DNA of 64,000 bases from Candidatus Latescibacterota bacterium. GTDB taxonomy: Bacteria; Latescibacterota; UBA2968; UBA8231. Position numbers and translations under genes: made by a program. The notes beneath the pieces are model-generated. The model did not search any database. It saw nothing but the letters and a program-made list of their open reading frames with translations, and was not told where the DNA came from. The DNA is taken from the NCBI GenBank assembly GCA_963422735.1, contig OY730476.1, positions 1,152,001 to 1,216,000 of the forward strand, given 5' to 3'. Positions 50,457 to 60,063 of the stretch are shown one piece after another; within the stretch, counting starts at the first letter, position 1; each line of letters starts with the position of its first letter.

Positions 50457-53400
50457 TGGCGTCCGCCATCACATATATGTCGTCTTTGCAGTGAGGATCG
50501 CGATAGTCTAGGCGTTTGGCAAAACTATCTTTGTCCTGCAAGTATCGCTTTATACGGTCGTCCAATTCGCTGTCGCTGATATCCAAACGCTCTAGCACAT
50601 CATTGAATTTTTCGCCGAAAGCCTTGTCGAGCAGGTTGTGGAACAAGTCGTTCGCATCCACACTATTGCCGTGTATCACAACTTTGGTAGCGGGATATAC
50701 ATGCTCCACTAGATGGCTTTGGAGGGCCAAGTACTGCTCAAAAGCGAGGTTATTGCCATTCAAGTGCCAGTTGTCCTGAATCTTTTGCACCTCTTGGCGC
50801 AGCCTATCTCTTATAAACTGGTCTCGGGCCAAAGTCCGGCGTGCCATCTCGAGATTAAGTCCGTAATCGTCCTCGCGCTTTCGGCCCTGTGCGCGGTAGG
50901 TCCGGTAGAATCTTCGGTTGTCATAAGTCACTACCCCGAGTAAGATACCACCAATGAGCGGCTGTAGGGCATCCACTAGCATCCGCGCTTCTTGGTCGTT
51001 TTTAGGCGGTAGGATCTCCGGATATTTGATATAGTCCTTGGTCGTGTACCGCTTGTATACATTTTGCGGCATTCCACGGTTTTTTTCGTATGCTTCGTGC
51101 AGTTTATTCAAATTGTCGATAGCGAACAGGGGAAAGGCCATCCATTGGCTGACAAATATAACCGAATCGGGGGCGTGGTACTCCACTTGAGAGGCTCGCA
51201 CGTTTTGTTCGATTTGCGTTTTCCACCTGTTTTCACCTGGAGGAAGTCCTATTGTTCTCTGGATGTGAGGATCCATACCCGAGAAACGTGGTTTTGACTC
51301 GGACATCCGTGGTTCGGCCAGCCCTGATCTTTTCAGTATCTCATCTTTCTCATTATGGTTCTGGTTTTCCACCTCTTGAACGGCGTTTCTATCAGCATAG
51401 AACTCCTTAAATAGGCCAAACGAGAACTCACTCAATGAATCCTCTACCTCTCCCCAATCACGAGGGGTATTGTCCCTATTCGCAGAGCGATTGAAGATAA
51501 TGCGGGTACAATCGCGTATGGCATCGATCTCGTTCCCTTCGCGAGTAGCGTATTCAGCAAACAGCAGCCGGGCTTCTTGCGAGCGGAAATAGGTCTCCAA
51601 AACACCTTGTAAAACTTCATTGAAACCGGCACCCGTCCGTCCTTTTTTATGGCGTAGATACGTCTCTATTTCCTCGCGGTAGTTAAGTTCGGGCATGAGA
51701 TTGAGATTGCGCACACTGGACATCCGCTTGCTATAAGAACGATAGAAGCCCCCGAAGCGGTTAGCCATCTCTTGAAGATGATCTTGAAATTTCTCCACCT
51801 TGGCCAGCAAACCACTGAGTTGCACATGAAGTTCGCCATCTGCACCCCGGACTTGGGTCTGTTGGCCGACAAAGCCGATCATGTTGTCAAGCAGGCCCTT
51901 TTCCTGCTCATGTCTCCCGGAATTGGGATTGAGCAGCCGACGGGCCGCCTCCTGCTCATAGCGATCAGTGACCCATTGCTTGAGTTGGTCCCTGACGGCC
52001 TCTACCTGCTGTTCCAGATTACGGGTGAAGAGCTGGGCATTCTGATCAAAGGACTTCCGTTTGCGTTCTTCATAATAGTTGATAGCAATGCGTTTCGTTA
52101 AGACGGCAAAGGGCATCTCCTGTCTAGCCGCTCGTAGGAGAGCCTCGTATTTATTGTACTCGTCGGAAAATTCGATTGGGATCGGCGGAGCCTCTGGTGC
52201 TTCTATGGGCCGGTTCTCCATGGCCTGCAATTCCTCTTTGACCCGCTCCAGTGCATCGACGGCGATCTTCAGCCACTCAACCATGAATTTGGGGCCGAAC
52301 TCCAAGGGGTCGCACAGTAATTTCAGACATTCATCTTCTACTCGCTTTTCGAGCTCGGGACGGTCTGAGCCAATATTTTCCAAAATCTGCTTCACACCAT
52401 CGCCCTTTTGGGTGCCTTGCTGTAACAGTCTTTCCCCTACTCGTCTCCGCACTTGGCTAACCCATTCAACCATCTGCTGCCGCGTTTGCTCCACTTGGCG
52501 GTCCAAAACCTTTTGGTCCCTTACCACCGGTGCCGCGAGCAAATCGTCCCGCAATTTATTGAAAGCCGGTTCGATCAACTCGTTGACGACCTCGTCTATC
52601 AAGGTGAAATCCTTTCCCGGCTTGACCAAGCAGCGTTTCAAAAAGAGATCCTTAGTCAGGCCCATCTGCTCCATGCGGGGTTTGACATCGGCATCATCAA
52701 AGCCCTGAGGAATTCTGTTGTCCTTGGCTATGATGAGTTCTACCAGATACTGAGCGCAGCGGTTGGCAGCCGCATTGGCCATACGAGGCTGATTCAATTC
52801 AATCTGGGAAAGCCCAAAAGATGCATACCGACGTGGAAAATACTGGACATAGTTTCCGCTGCTGAAGATGGCCATATCTTGTAGGTACTGCTCCATATTG
52901 GAACGTACGCTGCGCTTTTGAGCGGCGAATCTGGTCTTGTCGAAATCCAGCAGTAGAAATTCAGCGATCATCTGGAATGTATCGGTGAATTCGTCAATGC
53001 GTTCTCCGGCCATATTCTCCTTGTCGAGCATATAGACCGTCGAAAAAGGCGGTGCTTCCACCTGCCGTGAGGTTCCATCCCAATTAAATTCGTGGGTAGA
53101 GTACTCGCTTGTCTCCTCGTCTGTGGTGGCAATAAACCGGGGCTGCATGAAGTACTCGAGTTCCTTGAGCGCGGCAAAGCCGTTGGCATGGACGGCCTCT
53201 ACTCCTGTGGGATCCACTTTATCGTCGAAAACCGTGGGCATGGCCAGAAAAGCCGTGCGCGTAGAAGTCGAGAACAAAACTCGACATAGAAATCCGACGT
53301 CGATAAAGCAACCAGACCCCGTTCCACCACCGAGGGAAGACACAGTAATAATCTCCAAGGTGCTAGTATCTACCTCATAATCAGGGTAATGGCTGTTCAT

Positions 53401-53901
53401 GTGTGCAACGGCCTCTTGGGCAGTTACCTTTCTCCCCAATCTGTTGATGGCATCGCGAATTCTTGTGTAATGGTGGAAGAAAGCCAACCGTCCGAAGGAA
53501 CGGATCTGCGCTGCCCCTTGCGTGATAGCATTGTCGGCCATCGCGTCTAGTTCGCTGGGCAACCAGTCCCATATATGCGGATAGGCATTCTTGTTGCGCC
53601 GGTATCCAGCCAACTCCTCGGGCTGGACCCGCCCATCAATCTTCTGTGAAATGGTAAGGTCAATGAGCCTGTCCAACTCGTCAGGTACCTCCTCGCTCAG
53701 GGACTCATTGCGGATGTCAGTATCGAACCACAGGTATTCCATGACGGGTAAACCCGCTACTCTGTACTTTTCGTAGAACAGCCGCCGCAGCCGCCGCAGT
53801 ACTTCCTTTCCCGTACCGCCCAAGCCGATCAAAAGCGTGGGACGGATATCTATCGTTTGGTTTTCTTTTTTTGCTTTAGTTAGAGTACCCACCTTAGCCA
53901 T
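50449..53901 (-). CDS. large tubulin/FtsZ-like GTPase (Tubulin_2/FtsZl1-like) with long helical C-terminal region
   Basis: LLIGLGGTG, GAAQIRSFGRLAF, GGGTGSG signature, ANGFAALKEL; GAAGGAG RBS before the ATG at 53901. Confidence 0.88.
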   Translation of the reverse strand: MAKVGTLTKAKKENQTIDIRPTLLIGLGGTGKEVLRRLRRLFYEKYRVAGLPVMEYLWFDTDIRNESLSEEVPDELDRLIDLTISQKIDGRVQPEELAGYRRNKNAYPHIWDWLPSELDAMADNAITQGAAQIRSFGRLAFFHHYTRIRDAINRLGRKVTAQEAVAHMNSHYPDYEVDTSTLEIITVSSLGGGTGSGCFIDVGFLCRVLFSTSTRTAFLAMPTVFDDKVDPTGVEAVHANGFAALKELEYFMQPRFIATTDEETSEYSTHEFNWDGTSRQVEAPPFSTVYMLDKENMAGERIDEFTDTFQMIAEFLLLDFDKTRFAAQKRSVRSNMEQYLQDMAIFSSGNYVQYFPRRYASFGLSQIELNQPRMANAAANRCAQYLVELIIAKDNRIPQGFDDADVKPRMEQMGLTKDLFLKRCLVKPGKDFTLIDEVVNELIEPAFNKLRDDLLAAPVVRDQKVLDRQVEQTRQQMVEWVSQVRRRVGERLLQQGTQKGDGVKQILENIGSDRPELEKRVEDECLKLLCDPLEFGPKFMVEWLKIAVDALERVKEELQAMENRPIEAPEAPPIPIEFSDEYNKYEALLRAARQEMPFAVLTKRIAINYYEERKRKSFDQNAQLFTRNLEQQVEAVRDQLKQWVTDRYEQEAARRLLNPNSGRHEQEKGLLDNMIGFVGQQTQVRGADGELHVQLSGLLAKVEKFQDHLQEMANRFGGFYRSYSKRMSSVRNLNLMPELNYREEIETYLRHKKGRTGAGFNEVLQGVLETYFRSQEARLLFAEYATREGNEIDAIRDCTRIIFNRSANRDNTPRDWGEVEDSLSEFSFGLFKEFYADRNAVQEVENQNHNEKDEILKRSGLAEPRMSESKPRFSGMDPHIQRTIGLPPGENRWKTQIEQNVRASQVEYHAPDSVIFVSQWMAFPLFAIDNLNKLHEAYEKNRGMPQNVYKRYTTKDYIKYPEILPPKNDQEARMLVDALQPLIGGILLGVVTYDNRRFYRTYRAQGRKREDDYGLNLEMARRTLARDQFIRDRLRQEVQKIQDNWHLNGNNLAFEQYLALQSHLVEHVYPATKVVIHGNSVDANDLFHNLLDKAFGEKFNDVLERLDISDSELDDRIKRYLQDKDSFAKRLDYRDPHCKDDIYVMADANA

Positions 53902-54043
53902 AGTATTCTCCTTCAATTTTGCTTCAACCAGTCATTAAATGCTGTCTGAAAACCTTCGGCTGCGCTCAGGTCGAAGCCCCCGGCGGCTGTCGCACGAGGG
54001 GCAAAGTATCCGCAGATGAGCGCAGAGGCGGATTGCTTGGGAC

Positions 54044-55087
54044 TCACTCGGAATTTTCAGCGGCCGATGGCCGGGCGACAAGTTTTACTATCACCACAAT
54101 GAGAATTAGGATCACCATCCAAGCGATGAAGACTCGCCATTCAATTTGCGACCATGACACCCAGCCCATTGAAAAATCAAAAAGGCCGCTCAACCCACAG
54201 GAGGCGATCACCGCAAAGCCCCCCCACGATACGAGGGCGGATATGCCAAAAGCCGTGGCCGGGTGCTTGTCTCGGTTCTTAATGAGCCCGCTAAAGAGTA
54301 TATAGACCGAAAAGATATAGACGATTACAGAAAACACCAGAATCCAGACTATGCGCCCAACCTCCACATAGCGAAAGGTGCCCTTCGATCTGGTCACCGG
54401 TGGCGGGACTCCTACCCGAACAGGTTCAAATTGGTCCGAGGGGATGCCCAGCAGCGGTTTAGCTTCATCAATTGAGACCGCAAAATTGAGATTCTGCCCC
54501 TCGCCATGGCTAGAGCTTAGATTAAAACTTACCACGCCAATTACCTCCCCGGTCTGGTCGAATAAAGGCCCGCCACTATTGCCCGGCGATACGGCAGCAT
54601 CCGTCTGAATCAGCCTGAGGCCCTCCGGGGTAGTACGGACCTCGGAGATAATCCCTTCAGTGACCGAGTACTCTAGCCCTAACGGGTTGCCTATTGCCAC
54701 GACGGGATCGCCCGAACTTATATACTCCCCTGATCCAAGCCTAGACTGCTGTAGGTGTTGGTTGCGCGGATCGACGTTTATCACCGCTAGATCTTTGAGT
54801 TCGTCTTGGGCGACAACGCCCGTAATCGGCATCCAAGTTCCGTTGAACGGCTTGGCCCATCCTTCTTTGATGCCCTTGATTACATGGTGCGCCGTGAGAA
54901 TTTGGCCCGTTGACTTGACGATGATTCCGCTCCCCACTTCCTCTCCTTCATTGGTAGAGACCTTGAGGAATACTACGCTTCCCTTCTCTTCCTTGGCAAT
55001 CTGCTGAGTAAACGTGGAGCCGCTTTGTCCCGGCCCGCCACACCCCATCCAGCCGATAATCAGTATTATGATGATGTGCCGTTTCAT
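54044..55087 (-). CDS. trypsin-like (HtrA/S1C-type) serine protease with three C-terminal TM helices and no PDZ domain
   Basis: lipobox-like WMGC; LTAHHV, DLA, IQTDAAVSPGNSGGPL catalytic triad; hydrophobic C-terminus. Confidence 0.88.
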   Translation of the reverse strand: MKRHIIIILIIGWMGCGGPGQSGSTFTQQIAKEEKGSVVFLKVSTNEGEEVGSGIIVKSTGQILTAHHVIKGIKEGWAKPFNGTWMPITGVVAQDELKDLAVINVDPRNQHLQQSRLGSGEYISSGDPVVAIGNPLGLEYSVTEGIISEVRTTPEGLRLIQTDAAVSPGNSGGPLFDQTGEVIGVVSFNLSSSHGEGQNLNFAVSIDEAKPLLGIPSDQFEPVRVGVPPPVTRSKGTFRYVEVGRIVWILVFSVIVYIFSVYILFSGLIKNRDKHPATAFGISALVSWGGFAVIASCGLSGLFDFSMGWVSWSQIEWRVFIAWMVILILIVVIVKLVARPSAAENSE

Positions 55088-55102
55088 CTTGCCTCCCTCG
55101 TG

Positions 55103-56704
55103 CTATTTGAGGCGTTCCAGTTCAATATTGCCCTTGTGGTTGAAAATCTCATCCTTTTCAAAAGCCACCCCCTCCTCGCTGACCGGATCGCCCATCCGAT
55201 TTATTAACTCGGCCCTTGGCAGTAAGCAGTATTTGCATTTGAACAAGCCGTCTCGCCGCAAGTATCCCAAAACGATATCCTTTCCGCTTTGGTTTGTGTA
55301 CCCCAATTCCTTTTGACCGCCGGGGCGCATCCAGTACTTGTACTCGACATCTGCCAGCCGGTAAACGAGCCTTCTAAAATAAACCCTTCCTCCGGCAGCT
55401 ACCACAGCGATGGGTAGCAAGATCACCTTGACCCAAGCCCACCACAGATAGAGAGGGGAACGGACTTGCAGCCTGCCTCTTATGGCTCCTCCCTTGGGCA
55501 CCACTTCCAAACCCTCTCGGTCTCGGTGTAGGAAGTGTATCAGATCTTCTGGCGTATAGATACGCTCGACCTCTTGGAGGTTGTCGGTGAAGTACTTCTC
55601 CTGATAAGTCGGAGTCATGCGAAACGAGCCGGGCGGTATCTCCAAGACGACCTTGGACATATATTGCACTGGAATCGGGCTTATACGCGCCATGCCAAGC
55701 TGGTCGAAGAAGCCGACTTCGTTGGGCAATAATGGTCCTAGGTGGACCCGGCACGAATAGCGGTATTTGTTTTGGCTATTGTGCTCTAGCTTCTCTTCAA
55801 GGCGGGGTGGAGTAACTCGTCCTCTCCCGCCGGCTCGACTCCAGTACCGCCGATCTCCGGGCTGCATGGGAACGATCCTAGGTTGGCTTACCTTCAACCG
55901 CACCGGATTACCATGCCCATCGGTCGGCTCGATATTCAGGTAGCTCAATTGCGACTCTAAGGTAAAGGAGAAATATACCGACTCGGATTCGTCCATGCCG
56001 ATGTCGCTCGGCTGGTCCGAATGTGCCCGGCGTTTGCGATGTAGAACAATGCGGTGATCTAGCGGTTTCATCAGCATCGGTTCCAAACCGCCAGTCTTGA
56101 GTCGGGAGATGAGTTTGCCGAATCTAGTGCGCTGATCTTCTTCTGTGAGATAGGCATATAGGACCGCCCCACGCGGACCTTGGTGGTATGTCTTGTCCGG
56201 GTGATTGAACAACCGTCCGTCAAAGGGCAGACTCAGCGGCACGGCATATAGTACTTGTACTGCATCCTCGGCAAAACGTGTATAGAGCCCTCGAACATCC
56301 TCGTCATTGGTGGTCGCCTGCACATTATCGGTTAAGAAAAAAGTAATCGGTGCCCATCCAAGCCCTTCTTTAAAAGCCCTGAGCAAATTGGTATAGCTGC
56401 CCCAGCGTGCGTCTTGGATCTCCTCGATCCAAACGAGCGAATCCGGGTGTTGGGATATAAAAAATAAAGTGCCTGCCTCCAGTTGCTGATCTTGGCAGGC
56501 TTTTTCCAACGAGGTCAGCAATTTCTGTAGCTCACCTGTTTGCTGGAAGCCCTCCATTGAACCAGAGCCATCGACCAAGATGCTGACATCGGTCCCAGCG
56601 GCGGTACGAGGGCCGCCAAACCCTAGGCAGCACAGCAGAGCAACGTACCAGATTCGTTGGTTTTCAAATGGCCAATAGGTCATAGCGATATAGATGGTAC
56701 TCAT
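55103..56704 (-). CDS. membrane-anchored vWA-domain protein
   Basis: signal-like N-terminus; MIDAS motif DGSGS, TNL, FLTD; single TM near the C-terminus followed by a small cytoplasmic domain. Confidence 0.7.
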   Translation of the reverse strand: MSTIYIAMTYWPFENQRIWYVALLCCLGFGGPRTAAGTDVSILVDGSGSMEGFQQTGELQKLLTSLEKACQDQQLEAGTLFFISQHPDSLVWIEEIQDARWGSYTNLLRAFKEGLGWAPITFFLTDNVQATTNDEDVRGLYTRFAEDAVQVLYAVPLSLPFDGRLFNHPDKTYHQGPRGAVLYAYLTEEDQRTRFGKLISRLKTGGLEPMLMKPLDHRIVLHRKRRAHSDQPSDIGMDESESVYFSFTLESQLSYLNIEPTDGHGNPVRLKVSQPRIVPMQPGDRRYWSRAGGRGRVTPPRLEEKLEHNSQNKYRYSCRVHLGPLLPNEVGFFDQLGMARISPIPVQYMSKVVLEIPPGSFRMTPTYQEKYFTDNLQEVERIYTPEDLIHFLHRDREGLEVVPKGGAIRGRLQVRSPLYLWWAWVKVILLPIAVVAAGGRVYFRRLVYRLADVEYKYWMRPGGQKELGYTNQSGKDIVLGYLRRDGLFKCKYCLLPRAELINRMGDPVSEEGVAFEKDEIFNHKGNIELERLK

Positions 56705-57917
56705 GATCGCGAGTCAGCACGTACACGTATTTGCCGAAACCCGCTGGCGGCACAACTGGCTCTTCGCCTAAAGGCCAGCTTCGCAAGAAAGGTTCCCCTC
56801 CCCATTCATCAAGACGGGAAAGACGAAATTCCGTATTAGCTCCCACTCCTCTTTGGAAATTGGCGACCAAGCCGCCCAAGCCTTTGGTCTGATCGAGGTG
56901 CCTCATGGAATATCCGGGACTACACTCCAATTTGGACGCAACTTGCCGATCCAACGGATCGAACAACAGCATAAAATTAGACCCTATCGCCATATAGCAA
57001 TAGCCGGACTCGATCCGCAATGCCTGTAGGGCCTGTACCTCTACCTTGGTTCGGCCCGGAATTTCTTTTAGCACCTGTTGGCCGACTAACTGTAGGGCAC
57101 ACAAGCCCCCTTCTTGATTCAATAGCCATATTGACGGATCCTCGCCGCGCATCACGCCCTCCCAAGCGGCTAATGTGTCGCTGAGGGTACCCCTATACGG
57201 GATTTTCTCTCCTTGTTCTAAATCCAAGAAAGCAACCCTGTTTTCCTCCTCTATTAAGCCTAGATAGACATCGCTTCCCCGAATTGGAATCATTTCTTCG
57301 ATATGCGACGAATTTTTGTATGGCTTTTGCAATTCGTCGAAAATGCGGTCCTTGCTCTTCCAGTATCGATCGCAACTTGCTTTATCTACCTTATACATAT
57401 GAATAGTCAACGCCTCTTGGGCCAGCAGGAAAAGTCGATTCCGGCCTAAGGCAATCTTCTCGACGCGCTCACATTCCACGGCAACCTGCTTCCACGAAGT
57501 AACTTGCAGCATATCGTCGTTCAACAACGCAGAGGTCGGAAATACCTGCAGCGTCCCCACCTCCGTGAGCGCGTAAATCCACCAGCGGTCAAAATCCACC
57601 TGACGCAAGGAAGCCCCATTGAGCCGAGGCAGGTCGCGTGGCTCGTCCTCTATGTAGGTACTCATTTCTCCGCTGGATTTATTCACTAATACAGGCTGGC
57701 CGAATACGTTAAAGAAGTCGTCAACTTGGTCCATAATGACCTCCATATTCCCAACAGCACTGTCTTTACTCTCTCCAGAAGGTATGTCGGCCATGTAATC
57801 GACAGGTTTGCTCTCGACAGCATCGCCGCAAACTGCACAAAAATTAGCGAGTGCATGATGCTCGCGACCATCTTTAGAACACATCCAAGCGTTCTTCTGC
57901 CAATTCCAGTTTTGCAT
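56664..57917 (-). CDS. hypothetical protein with N-terminal Zn ribbon and probable beta-propeller
   Basis: C-x6-H..NFCAVCG; beta-rich repeats ending PPAGFGKYVYV; first gene of the operon. Confidence 0.65.
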   Translation of the reverse strand: MQNWNWQKNAWMCSKDGREHHALANFCAVCGDAVESKPVDYMADIPSGESKDSAVGNMEVIMDQVDDFFNVFGQPVLVNKSSGEMSTYIEDEPRDLPRLNGASLRQVDFDRWWIYALTEVGTLQVFPTSALLNDDMLQVTSWKQVAVECERVEKIALGRNRLFLLAQEALTIHMYKVDKASCDRYWKSKDRIFDELQKPYKNSSHIEEMIPIRGSDVYLGLIEEENRVAFLDLEQGEKIPYRGTLSDTLAAWEGVMRGEDPSIWLLNQEGGLCALQLVGQQVLKEIPGRTKVEVQALQALRIESGYCYMAIGSNFMLLFDPLDRQVASKLECSPGYSMRHLDQTKGLGGLVANFQRGVGANTEFRLSRLDEWGGEPFLRSWPLGEEPVVPPAGFGKYVYVLTRDHEYHLYRYDLLAI

Positions 57918-58009
57918 TATTTTTCGTAACCTTTGATCAAGTTAAACTCTATCCCAATCTCGCGTACAACCTCAAAACTAACCGGTACGGTGTCGCTTGT
58001 GATTTTGGT

Positions 58010-58037
58010 AAAATAGACCGCTACTGAGTAATGTCAA
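58010..58037 (-). promoter_or_regulatory. sigma70-type promoter for the 8-gene operon
   Basis: TTGACA-N16-TATTTT about 90 bp upstream of the ATG at 57917. Confidence 0.55.
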
Positions 58038-58065
58038 ATAAATGGCAAAGATACCGACCCGGCCC

Positions 58066-60063
58066 TCATACAGTTGTCCCCAGCACCCCCCAACCCCAAT
58101 TCCTAATTCCCAATTCTCCCACATCCTCCACCCCAGCTCGCAACAACTCGGCCACGCTCCACGCTTGGGCGATGCAGCCGCGAGGAGCAAAAGGCGGCTC
58201 AGCGTCAAATATCTCCGAGACCGTGCCCAAGCCCGCCTCGCCTAAGTGCGCGGCAAAGCCGTCGAGGAGGGCGCGAGCGCGCTGGCGACCCGCACGGCCG
58301 TGGCAACGGCAGAGAGCGGTGATGTACGGGCCGATGAGCCAGCCCCACACCGTGCCCTGGTGATACGCGCTGTCGCGCTCCCACGAGCCGCCCGCATATT
58401 GGGCGCAGTACGCCGGATCGCTCGGCGAGAGGCTGCGCAGGCCGCGCGGGGTCAGCAAGTGTTCTTCAATCACCGATAAGATCCGCCGCGCCCGCTCGCC
58501 CTCGATGAGCGGGAAGGGCAGCGAGAGCGCAAAAATTTGATTGGGGCGCAGTGCCCAATCCGGCCCCTCGGGGGCGACTACGTCGCAGAGGTACCCGCGT
58601 TCTTCACACCAGAACAGGCACTCAAAGGACGCACGCACCTCAGCGGCGCGCTGGCCGTACTCGGTGCGCTGACCAAATACCTCGGCCAAGTGCTGCAAAA
58701 TTTTGAGCGCATTGTACCAAAGGGCATTGACCTCCACCGGCTTGCCCATGCGCGGTGTGACCACCCAATCGCCGATCTTGGCGTCCATCCACGTCAGTTG
58801 CACCCCCGGCTCCCCAGCCGCGAGTAGGCCGTCAGCATCAACCCGGATCTGATAGCGCGTACCGCGCATGTGCCAAGCGGCTATATCCTCTAGCGTCGGC
58901 CAGAGCTCGCTGGCAAACTCGTAATCTTGGGTGTATTGCAAATACTTGTAGAGTGCGACAAAAAACCACAAAGTCGCGTCAACGGAGTGGTATTCGAGAA
59001 CCGCTCCCGCGTCGGGAAAGCGGTTGGGTATCATGCCCTCGCTGACGTGCTCGGCAAACGCCGCGAAGATGCCCCGCGCCTCGGCAAAGCGCCCGGTGAC
59101 CAAGCAGAGGCCGGGCAGGGCGATCATGGTGTCGCGGCCCCAATCCGTGAACCAGTGATAGCCCGCGACAATGGTGTGCAGGCCGTCGCCGCGCCGCACC
59201 ACAAACTGGTTGGCCGCTCGCGCCAGCGACCGCAGCAACGGGTCGGCCGCCCAAGGGGCGCGCACCTCCACCTGCTGACGGCGGCCGATCTCGCCGGCGA
59301 GGAGTGCGAGGGGGTCGCGGCAAGCGGGAAGCTCGGTGGCCGCAAGTACGCCAACGGTAGCCCCGGGAGCGAGCTCAAGGCGCAGACGACCGGGTGTGAA
59401 CAGGTCCTCGCTGTGGTCGAGACCTCGCTCTTCCTCGCGCGGATATTGGAAGTTGTAGTACCAATCAGGGGCCGCCTCCCAGTACGCGCCCGGGGCGAGG
59501 AGATGAGCAGTGGACTGTTCCCAATAGGGGCGATAGACCAGCGCGTCCTCAGCCCAATGGGCCATTGGCGCGACGTGATCGTTGGCCTGCATCAAGTGGT
59601 GATAGTCCCGGCTCGCGAAAAAAGGGCGCAATTCCAAACAAAGCGGGCCACGCGCCCTCACCAGCTCGTACGCGACGACCAAGGTGTGCTCGCCCGCGAG
59701 CAAGGCCAGCCGCTTGCGCAACTCCCACCCATCCCCCGCGTACGTCCACGTCGGCACCGGCTCGGGCGCGAAGGCCGTCAACCATTGGTCGCCCCGCGGG
59801 TGAATGACCCCGGGGAACATGCTGCAACCTAGCTCGACGCGGGCTGTGGGCAGGACCAAGGTCTCGTCGAGCCGCGAGAGCAACACTACCCGGCCGACCG
59901 GCGGACAGGTCGCTACGACTAGCAGGCCGTGGTAGCGCCGGGTGTGCGCCCCGCTGACGGTGGAGGAGGCCCAGCCGCCCAAGCTATTGGTCTCCAGCCA
60001 CTCGTGGGCAAAGGTATTGGCCAGTGGGTAGGGCCTATGGACATTTAGGCTATTGCCAAGCAT
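58066..60063 (-). CDS. glycogen debranching enzyme (amylo-alpha-1,6-glucosidase, GDE_N + GDE_C); 5' end abuts an IS remnant
   Basis: EWLETNSLGG, TRRYHGLL, AGYHWFTDWGRDTMI, TWMDAK, RPNQI, YHQGTVW, QAWSVAE. Confidence 0.88.
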   Translation of the reverse strand: MLGNSLNVHRPYPLANTFAHEWLETNSLGGWASSTVSGAHTRRYHGLLVVATCPPVGRVVLLSRLDETLVLPTARVELGCSMFPGVIHPRGDQWLTAFAPEPVPTWTYAGDGWELRKRLALLAGEHTLVVAYELVRARGPLCLELRPFFASRDYHHLMQANDHVAPMAHWAEDALVYRPYWEQSTAHLLAPGAYWEAAPDWYYNFQYPREEERGLDHSEDLFTPGRLRLELAPGATVGVLAATELPACRDPLALLAGEIGRRQQVEVRAPWAADPLLRSLARAANQFVVRRGDGLHTIVAGYHWFTDWGRDTMIALPGLCLVTGRFAEARGIFAAFAEHVSEGMIPNRFPDAGAVLEYHSVDATLWFFVALYKYLQYTQDYEFASELWPTLEDIAAWHMRGTRYQIRVDADGLLAAGEPGVQLTWMDAKIGDWVVTPRMGKPVEVNALWYNALKILQHLAEVFGQRTEYGQRAAEVRASFECLFWCEERGYLCDVVAPEGPDWALRPNQIFALSLPFPLIEGERARRILSVIEEHLLTPRGLRSLSPSDPAYCAQYAGGSWERDSAYHQGTVWGWLIGPYITALCRCHGRAGRQRARALLDGFAAHLGEAGLGTVSEIFDAEPPFAPRGCIAQAWSVAELLRAGVEDVGELGIRNWGWGVLGTTV
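58088..58120. repeat. CCCAATT-type heptamer repeats in the 3' end of the GDE gene
   Basis: ccccaaccccaattcctaattcccaattc. Confidence 0.55.

Noticed and set aside
47397-53901. Housekeeping dnaK and ftsZ
   Set aside because: Both are far larger and highly divergent with extra domains, and lack dnaJ/hrcA or dcw cluster context.
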